Positions 28,606-36,294 of a stretch of DNA of 57,765 nt are shown piece after piece. Under the pieces are notes generated by a model. The model saw only the letters and a list, made by a program, of their open reading frames with translations. It did no database searches and was not told where the DNA came from. The stretch comes from a virus (lineage: Duplodnaviria > Caudoviricetes). Each line of letters opens with the position of its first letter. Position 1 is the first letter of the stretch. The DNA lies in IMG/VR virus record IMGVR_UViG_3300020045_003609, positions 1 to 57,765 of that record. The stretch is one strand, 5' to 3'. Position numbers and translations under genes: made by a program.

Positions 28606-29535
28606 ATGAGTAATATTAAAAGTAAAGAATCAATAAAAGAATTTCTAATTAGTAAACCAGGTTATCAAAAATTTGGTAAATATGCTTTAGCTAAAGCTTT
28701 AAACCTTAGTTCAATTGATGAATGTGAAGCTGCTTTAAGAGAAATTAGATTTGAAAACAGGTCTCCTATTACAACTTATAAAGAAGCTGTTAAAGATAAT
28801 AAAAGTCATAAAAATGTATTCATTGATGCTTTTAAATTTAAAGATAAAGTTAAAGTACCTACTCTAGAAATAAGAAAATCTAAAAGTGGTAAAAACGTAT
28901 TAGCAATAGGTGATTTACATTTACCGTTTGGTTTAGAAGGTTATCTAGAACATTGTATTGAAACTTATAATAAATATAAATGTAATGAAGTAGTATTTAT
29001 TGGTGATATTATAGATAATCATGCATCAAGTTATCATGAAACTGATCCAGATGGACATAGTGCTGGACAAGAACTTAGACTAGCTATCAGCCAAGTTAAA
29101 CTTTGGTATGATGCATTTCCAAAAGCTAGCGTAATTATTGGTAATCATGATCGTTTAATTATGAGAAAAGCTTATTCTAGTGGTTTGTCTAAATTATGGA
29201 TAAAAGATTATGCTGAAGTATTAGGTACCCCTAACTGGAAATTTATAGAATCTATTGAAATTGATAATGTATTATACATTCATGGTGAAGGAGGTACAGC
29301 TAGATCTAGAGCACGTAGAGATTTACAATCTATTGTTCAAGGTCATTTACACTCACAAGCTTATATTGAATGGATTGTAGGTAGTAAATTTAAAATTTTT
29401 GGAATGCAATTGGGATGTGGTATTAATGCTAAATCATATGCAATGGCTTATGGTAAAGAAGGTCCTAAACCAGCAATAGCATGTGGTGTAATATTACAAG
29501 GTATTACTCCAATTAATATAATGATGGAACTTTAA
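28606..29535 (+). CDS. calcineurin-like metallophosphoesterase with N-terminal extension
   Basis: GDLH, GDIID, GNHD, HG, GHLH motifs. Confidence 0.92.
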   Translation: MSNIKSKESIKEFLISKPGYQKFGKYALAKALNLSSIDECEAALREIRFENRSPITTYKEAVKDNKSHKNVFIDAFKFKDKVKVPTLEIRKSKSGKNVLAIGDLHLPFGLEGYLEHCIETYNKYKCNEVVFIGDIIDNHASSYHETDPDGHSAGQELRLAISQVKLWYDAFPKASVIIGNHDRLIMRKAYSSGLSKLWIKDYAEVLGTPNWKFIESIEIDNVLYIHGEGGTARSRARRDLQSIVQGHLHSQAYIEWIVGSKFKIFGMQLGCGINAKSYAMAYGKEGPKPAIACGVILQGITPINIMMEL

Positions 29536-29557
29536 CAAACTAAAAAATTATAACCAT

Positions 29558-29595
29558 GGCTCTCACCGATATAACTATTAGTGAGAGCCTTTTTT
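29558..29595 (+). terminator. Rho-independent terminator
   Basis: GGCTCTCAC / GTGAGAGCC 9-bp stem followed by T6. Confidence 0.85.
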
Positions 29596-29608
29596 ATTTA
29601 AAATAACT

Positions 29609-30289
29609 ATGAATTTACAAAAAATTATTTATGATGTTAGAGAGGGTATAAAAGCCTATACTGACGATAATCATATATCTGATAGATATATAACTTATTT
29701 ATATAATATAAAACGAGCTAAATATCTTCGTCAAGAATTAAATGACAGTAGAAAAACTACTGATATATCAGTTACTCAAACATTTTGTTTAGAGTTAGAA
29801 TATGTTCCAATTAGTCAATGTGGTTTAGATATTGAATGTGATAAAATACTTAGAACTAAAAGGCCTATACCTAACCCTTTAGAATTACATACTAAAGTTG
29901 CATTAACAGTTGTCAAACCTACAAATAGAATAGCTTTACCATTTAATTTTGTATCTAAAGAAAAAGCTTTATATAGTAAACATTCACCTTACAGTAGATC
30001 AATATTTGCTTTTTTGGATACAGATAAATATATTTATATACTTAGTGAATCAAATACAGTAGGTATGATGGAAGCTATAAGTATTTCAGGAGTATTTGAA
30101 GATCCATTAGAATTAAGGTCTTATAGCGCATGTTGTGGACAAGTTCAAACTGCATGTTTTGATGATGCTACTACTGATTATCCTTTACAAGCTCATTTAA
30201 TAGATTTAATAAAAGGTGAAATAGTAAATGAATTACTAGGTAAATATAAAATACCTGAAGATAAAAATAATAATTCTGATAATGAATAA
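29609..30289 (+). CDS. putative tail ring protein
   Basis: Q..CLELE.V, GVFEDP, DYPL....ID.I; synteny with the crAss tail block. Confidence 0.6.
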   Translation: MNLQKIIYDVREGIKAYTDDNHISDRYITYLYNIKRAKYLRQELNDSRKTTDISVTQTFCLELEYVPISQCGLDIECDKILRTKRPIPNPLELHTKVALTVVKPTNRIALPFNFVSKEKALYSKHSPYSRSIFAFLDTDKYIYILSESNTVGMMEAISISGVFEDPLELRSYSACCGQVQTACFDDATTDYPLQAHLIDLIKGEIVNELLGKYKIPEDKNNNSDNE

Positions 30290-30797
30290 TATAAGAACTA
30301 AAGGTAAAATAAAGGCTGATTATGGTATTAAAGATTATTATAATTTTTTTAAATTAGATAATCCAGAACTAGATATACCTTATTCAACTTACACAAATAT
30401 AATTGGAACATTTAATAAAGGATTAATAGGCTTAATAATTGAAGATAATATTGAATATTCAATACCCTATCTTGGATCAACATTAAGTATCAAAAAAGAT
30501 AAACGTGTTCCTAAAATAAAAAATGGAAAATTATATAACACATCTCCTGTAGATTGGCCAACAACTAATAAATTATGGTTTGAAGATGCAGAAGCTAAAC
30601 TTAAAAAATTATTAGTTAGATATTTAAATACACATACTTCAAAATATGTATTCAGAATACATTTTAAAAAATATAAATTATATTTTAAAAACAAGTCATT
30701 ATTTTCATTTAAAGTTAATAGAACTTTTGCTAGACAACTTGGTGATAGAATTAATGATGAAAACAAACCGAGATACGACACTCACTTATTATATTAA
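30282..30797 (+). CDS. HU/IHF-like protein of the crAss tail block
   Basis: Basic; IPYLGSTLSIKK, VDW.TT.KLW, FSFKVNR..ARQL. Confidence 0.55.
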   Translation: MNNIRTKGKIKADYGIKDYYNFFKLDNPELDIPYSTYTNIIGTFNKGLIGLIIEDNIEYSIPYLGSTLSIKKDKRVPKIKNGKLYNTSPVDWPTTNKLWFEDAEAKLKKLLVRYLNTHTSKYVFRIHFKKYKLYFKNKSLFSFKVNRTFARQLGDRINDENKPRYDTHLLY

Positions 30798-30802
30798 AAA
30801 CT

Positions 30803-31516
30803 ATGGATGTAATATCATATAAATCAATAGGATCAGTACTTTGGACAGTACTTAGGAATCCTTTAGCCGCAGAACTAACAGCTGATGAAGCTTCTGAGTA
30901 TGCATTAGAGTTCATAAAATTATTAGGTGCTCCAGTAGCTTACGAAGATAAAGTTACACCACCTATTCCACTTACAATGTATAAAGCTGAGTTACCATGT
31001 GATATATTATATTTACAGGGGGTACGCATTGTAGAAGTTGATAAAAATTTAAAAGTTTTATCTGGAACAGCTTTAAGATCTGCAACGGATGTTTATCACA
31101 AAGCTAGTGATGATGGTACAAATGAATATACTTATAGTATTTCTAAAGGTATTATATTTACATCTCAACCTACTGGATATATTCAAGTATCATATAGAGG
31201 CATAGCCACTGATGAAGATGGTTATCCAATGGTTCCTGATAATCAAAAAGTATTACTCGGTATGGAATATTATATATTAAGTAGATATTTAGAACCAATG
31301 TGGCTTATGGGTAAAATTACAGATAAAGCTTTTGAATATATTCAGCAAAAAAGATATTTTTATATGCCATCAGCTTTCACTAGTTTGCAAATGCCAACTA
31401 TTGATAAAATGGAAACGTTAATGAATACTTTGAATAGGTTAATAATAGTTAGCAATAGTCATTCTAATGGTTTTAAAAACTTAGGTGACAAAGAAATTAT
31501 AAAAAAATATCATTAG
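30803..31516 (+). CDS. tail tubular/ring protein
   Basis: AELPCD, IFTS...G.IQVSY.GI.TDEDGYPMVPDN; precedes the muzzle gene. Confidence 0.7.
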   Translation: MDVISYKSIGSVLWTVLRNPLAAELTADEASEYALEFIKLLGAPVAYEDKVTPPIPLTMYKAELPCDILYLQGVRIVEVDKNLKVLSGTALRSATDVYHKASDDGTNEYTYSISKGIIFTSQPTGYIQVSYRGIATDEDGYPMVPDNQKVLLGMEYYILSRYLEPMWLMGKITDKAFEYIQQKRYFYMPSAFTSLQMPTIDKMETLMNTLNRLIIVSNSHSNGFKNLGDKEIIKKYH

Positions 31517-31517
31517 T

Positions 31518-32123
31518 ATGATAGGTATATATAAAATTACAAACCCAAATGGTAAAATATATATTGGACAGAGTATTAATATAGAAAAAAGAATTATTAG
31601 GTATAAAAACTTATATGATTGTAAAAATCAGTCAAAATTATACAATTCATTTATAAAATATGGCATAATCAATCATAACTTTGATATAGTTGAAGAATGT
31701 GAAATTTCTGAACTTAATATTAGAGAGAGATATTATCAAGATTATTATAACGTATTAAATAAAGGTTTAAACTTAAAACTTACTAATTTAACAGATAATA
31801 ATGGACCTTTATCTGAAGAAACTAAATTGAAAATTAAAATAAGTTTAACTGGTCACTCTCCTTCAAAAATTGCAAGATTAAATATGAGTAAAGCTCAAAG
31901 AGGAAAAAAAATGTCTGAAGAATCTAAAATAAAAAATTCAATTTCAAAAAAAGGTGGAAATAATCCTAGAGCTAAAAAAGTAATTTGTACTAAAACGAAT
32001 AAGATTTGGAAATGTATTAGAGAATGTGCTTTAGAATTAAATATTAAGCCATTAACTCTTTGTCGTAATTTAAATGGTACATGTCAAAATAAAACAACAA
32101 TTAGATATTATACAGATGAATAA
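31518..32123 (+). CDS. GIY-YIG homing endonuclease with NUMOD3 repeats
   Basis: GIYKITNPNGKIYIGQSINIEKR; SEETKLKI, MSKAQRGKKMSEESK. Confidence 0.92.
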   Translation: MIGIYKITNPNGKIYIGQSINIEKRIIRYKNLYDCKNQSKLYNSFIKYGIINHNFDIVEECEISELNIRERYYQDYYNVLNKGLNLKLTNLTDNNGPLSEETKLKIKISLTGHSPSKIARLNMSKAQRGKKMSEESKIKNSISKKGGNNPRAKKVICTKTNKIWKCIRECALELNIKPLTLCRNLNGTCQNKTTIRYYTDE

Positions 32124-35100
32124 TAAAACTATTACAATGTCCTATAATGGAATGGTGCAAGATGTTACAAACTCAAAATTTCCAAATAATTATTATTTTG
32201 AAGGAAAAAACATTCGCATTTTAGCAACAGATACTCAATCTTCTGGGTCAGTTACAAATGAAAAAGGTAACCAACTAGTGTTTTCTATACCAGTACCTTT
32301 AATTAATTATGAAACTAATACTATTATTTATGATAGTAAAACTTTATCATATTTAACATCTGAAATTTCAGGAAGTGAACAGAGTTCCACTCAAATTATT
32401 ATTGGTAATACAACTTATAGGGATGGTGCAATATTATTTACAACTGATAATTCAGGTTTTGATTGTATATGGAAATTTAGATTTTCAGATAATGATTTAG
32501 AATTATTATATTTAAGAAATATGAATTTTAGTACATCTAGACCAATTCAAGTTATTAACAACTTTGAAAATGTAAATATAGATAAAGTATATTGGGTAGA
32601 TGGTTTAAATCAATTGAGATTTATTAATATAGAACACTCTATAGTTAATGAAGATTTGGAAGAATTAATAGATGTGCCGTTAAGTGTTATAAATATGGTT
32701 GGTCAATCTACATTAACTCAACCTATTATAACTAGTATATCTGCTGGAGGAATTCATACTTCTGGTAGAATACAATACGCATATAACTTATATAGATTAA
32801 ATTCTTCTCAAACTAAGATAAGTCCTTTTAGTGAATTAGTATCATTAAATAAAGGTTCTCTTGGTGGAGGGGAAGTTAATGAAATAGTAGGTTCAGCACC
32901 AATTGTATTAATTAATAATATAGATACATCTTATACTAATATTAAAATATATGCTATTAAATATACATCATATAATGAAGTACCTAGTATATCATTAATT
33001 GATGATAGAGCTATTCCGTCAACAGGTGTTATTGAAATATTTGATGATGGAAATATAATTAGCACATTATCTTTAGAAGAATTTTTATTTTTAGGTTCAG
33101 ATATAATTATACCAAAGCATATTAATACTAAATTTAATAGATTATTTTTAGCAAACTATAATGAAATAAATTTTAATGTTGATATTGATACTAAAGCTTA
33201 TTCATTTGCACCAAGTGGTGAATCTATAGTTTATAAGGATTTATTTTTAGATGGTGCAGTACCTAATGGTACACCGTTTATTATTGTAAATGATGCTGAT
33301 TATGATAATTTAGAATTAGTAAAACACGATAGTGTAAATTTAAATTATAATGTATATAAATATCAAAAAGATGGAATTACATTAGGTGGTGAAGGTAAAT
33401 ATTTAAAATATGAATTAACTCAAGATACTGTTTATAATAAAAATAATCAATATTTTAAAGATGATGAAATATACAGAATAGGAATTGAATTTTTTAATAA
33501 CTATGGTCAATTTTCACAACCTAAATGGATTGCTGATTTTAGAGCACCTAGTGGTAATTTAACTGGTAACTATAATACATTACAAGTTACTTTAAAACCA
33601 GAATTGTTTACTTGGTTATCTACAAATGTATTTGAATCAGATTATCAAAAACCTACAGGTTATAAAATTATTATAGCTGAACGTACAATTAATGATAGAA
33701 CCATTATAGCTAATGGATTAATTAGTCCAATGATGATTGACGATAAATCTGATGAAGATATACCTATTAATTATTCTAGCGCAAGTGATGTAACTTATGT
33801 TAGAAATAAAGCTAAATCATTACCTAAACTTCCAAATTTTTTAATCAGAAACTGCAATACAATCAGTAATTATGGTTTAATTCAACCTCTTTATAAATCT
33901 AAACATTTAAAAGATATGAATACTGCAAGCATGTCTCCTAATACTGAAATTCAAAGAGCGGTTTTTGGAGATGACGATACAGCTGGTAGATTATATCAAT
34001 TTAATTCAATGATGCAATTATATTCTCCAGAAATATTATTTGGGAATACTATATCATTAACAGATAGTACTAAAGTTAGAATTAAAGGTATATTAAAAAA
34101 TAATATAAACAATTCTTGGAGTAGAGAGTATAAAGCTTCCTTAAGTGAAATAGAAGATGAAGTAAAAGCTTTTGGTGGTTTAACTAAAGCTTATTCAACA
34201 TCTTTTGAAACAATACTTGGTGTACCAGATGAACCTTTAAATAACGGTTTAATATGTCATCCAGCTGGTTCTGATCCAGACAGAGTTACTCATAGTATGT
34301 TTCATAGAGGGTATGGTAATTTAGAACCAGAATTGGGAATAAATGATTTGTTTATACCTTCAATTTCAGAAACTATTTTAGATATTTATGGAAAACCAGA
34401 ATTAACTGAAAAAGGTCAATCTGGTACAAATTATAATAATGATCCAAATTACAGATATATAAATTCATTAAAAGGTGTATTAACTGATGGAAATACTTAT
34501 TTTGGTGATAATGGTAAATTTGGTAGAAAAATTGTTTCAATTAATAGTTACGGTAATAGATGTATCACTTTTGTAGCTGGAGATAATAATCCTGCAACAA
34601 ATCATTGGGTTAGACCTACTTTAGAATCTATATTCTTAAGTACCGGATTAAGTGGTGATAATAATGGTGTAATAGCTGAATTTATAAAAACTGATGAAGA
34701 AATTTATTTAGGAAATATATATGGTGGTAATAGTTATGAAGATAAACTTAGAAGTAATTATATTGAAATTGGAAGTTTTAAAGAATTAAATTCATTAGAT
34801 CCTACTATAAATATATCATCTCCTGGTGATACATATGTTAATACATTTACTTTCGCAAGAATTGTTAGAACAGATGTTGATATAATGGCTGAAGGTACAT
34901 ATGTACTAGAAGAAATTGTTCAATTTATAACTGAAACAACTATAGATTTAAAAAATAGAAATGATTTAAGTTTACAACCTTGGGACGCTAGGTTTCAACC
35001 ATATGATTCAGAATATCATAAATACAACAAAGTTTACTCTCAATTACCAACATTAGCTCAAAGAAGAAGTATAGATTATAATGCTAAACTTTTTAATAAC

Positions 35101-36150
35101 TTTGATACAAATGTAATTGCTACCAAAGTTAAATCTGCTGGTGAAATCATTGATAATTGGACAGATATTCAAACTAATGAGGTAATTACTTTAGATGGTA
35201 AGCATGGTCCAATTAATTCTTTAACTAGTTTTAATGATGAATTATATACTATTCAAGATAAGGCTTTAGCATTTCTTTCAATTAATCCCAGAGTTCAAGT
35301 TCAAGGTCAGGATGGTTTAGCTATTCAATTAGGTAGCGGTAGTGTATTAGATAGATATAAATATATATCTACTGATTCTGGAACATTAAATAAATGGAGT
35401 GTTATAACTAGTCCTCAAAGTATGTATTATTATGACACATTAAACAGTTCGTTAATGTCATTTAAAGGTGGATTAGAGAACTTAACTGATTTCAAAGGTC
35501 TACATACATTCTTTACAAATAATATAGCTTCAGAAGTTCTTAAGATAGATAATCCTTTATTAAATACAGGTGTATCTTCTGGATATGATTATAGTAACAA
35601 TGATTTATTTATGACATTTAATCAAACTGGTAAACCTTCATTTACATTATCATATAATGAACTTAAAAATCAGTTTATATCATATCATGATTACTTACCA
35701 AGTATGTATATTAGTAAAGGTGATTATACATTTACAACTAACCCTTTAAATACATCTATTTATAGACAAGGTGTAGGTGAATATAATACATTTTATGGTG
35801 TAAAATATCCTTCTACAATTACGTTAAATGTTAATCCTGAACCAAATTCAGAATGTATATTTGATAATATAAGTTATAATTCAGAAGTTTACATTAATAA
35901 TGTAGATCAACCATTATCAACTTTAGATCATATTACAGCATATAACGATTATCAAAATTCAGGTAGAGTTCCATTAACTGTAGGGCGTAATAACAACATT
36001 AGACGTAAGTTTAGAACTTGGAATGCTTTAATACCTCGTCAAGGTAGAAATAGAATTAGATCTCCATGGATGAAATTAAAATTAGAGTATTTACCATCTA
36101 ATAATCAAAAACTTATATTACATGACATACAAGTATATTATACATCATAA
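32116..36150 (+). CDS. tail stabilisation / muzzle protein (start revised to MNNKTI)
   Basis: ~1344 aa, beta-rich; GM..D....KFPN..YF...NIRI; C-terminal RRKFRTW...IPR..R.RIR.PW; follows the ring protein. Confidence 0.8.
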   Translation: MNNKTITMSYNGMVQDVTNSKFPNNYYFEGKNIRILATDTQSSGSVTNEKGNQLVFSIPVPLINYETNTIIYDSKTLSYLTSEISGSEQSSTQIIIGNTTYRDGAILFTTDNSGFDCIWKFRFSDNDLELLYLRNMNFSTSRPIQVINNFENVNIDKVYWVDGLNQLRFINIEHSIVNEDLEELIDVPLSVINMVGQSTLTQPIITSISAGGIHTSGRIQYAYNLYRLNSSQTKISPFSELVSLNKGSLGGGEVNEIVGSAPIVLINNIDTSYTNIKIYAIKYTSYNEVPSISLIDDRAIPSTGVIEIFDDGNIISTLSLEEFLFLGSDIIIPKHINTKFNRLFLANYNEINFNVDIDTKAYSFAPSGESIVYKDLFLDGAVPNGTPFIIVNDADYDNLELVKHDSVNLNYNVYKYQKDGITLGGEGKYLKYELTQDTVYNKNNQYFKDDEIYRIGIEFFNNYGQFSQPKWIADFRAPSGNLTGNYNTLQVTLKPELFTWLSTNVFESDYQKPTGYKIIIAERTINDRTIIANGLISPMMIDDKSDEDIPINYSSASDVTYVRNKAKSLPKLPNFLIRNCNTISNYGLIQPLYKSKHLKDMNTASMSPNTEIQRAVFGDDDTAGRLYQFNSMMQLYSPEILFGNTISLTDSTKVRIKGILKNNINNSWSREYKASLSEIEDEVKAFGGLTKAYSTSFETILGVPDEPLNNGLICHPAGSDPDRVTHSMFHRGYGNLEPELGINDLFIPSISETILDIYGKPELTEKGQSGTNYNNDPNYRYINSLKGVLTDGNTYFGDNGKFGRKIVSINSYGNRCITFVAGDNNPATNHWVRPTLESIFLSTGLSGDNNGVIAEFIKTDEEIYLGNIYGGNSYEDKLRSNYIEIGSFKELNSLDPTINISSPGDTYVNTFTFARIVRTDVDIMAEGTYVLEEIVQFITETTIDLKNRNDLSLQPWDARFQPYDSEYHKYNKVYSQLPTLAQRRSIDYNAKLFNNFDTNVIATKVKSAGEIIDNWTDIQTNEVITLDGKHGPINSLTSFNDELYTIQDKALAFLSINPRVQVQGQDGLAIQLGSGSVLDRYKYISTDSGTLNKWSVITSPQSMYYYDTLNSSLMSFKGGLENLTDFKGLHTFFTNNIASEVLKIDNPLLNTGVSSGYDYSNNDLFMTFNQTGKPSFTLSYNELKNQFISYHDYLPSMYISKGDYTFTTNPLNTSIYRQGVGEYNTFYGVKYPSTITLNVNPEPNSECIFDNISYNSEVYINNVDQPLSTLDHITAYNDYQNSGRVPLTVGRNNNIRRKFRTWNALIPRQGRNRIRSPWMKLKLEYLPSNNQKLILHDIQVYYTS

Positions 36151-36182
36151 TAATAAATATTATAAAATATATGTATAATCTT

Positions 36183-36213
36183 TTGGATATATAATAAATA
36201 TTCCGTATATTTG
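36183..36213 (+). promoter_or_regulatory. Promoter (TTGGATAT / TATATTTG)
   Basis: Same bipartite motif, 23-nt offset. Confidence 0.8.
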
Positions 36214-36239
36214 TAATATAAAATTTAACAACCAAATAT

Positions 36240-36272
36240 AAGGGGTAGAATTAAGTTTCTATCCCTTTTTTT
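36240..36272 (+). terminator. Rho-independent terminator/attenuator in the cargo-operon leader
   Basis: AAGGGGTAGAA-TTAAGT-TTCTATCCCTT stem (one G:U) running into a T7 tract. Confidence 0.8.
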
Positions 36273-36294
36273 ATATAAAATTAATTTTAAATAT

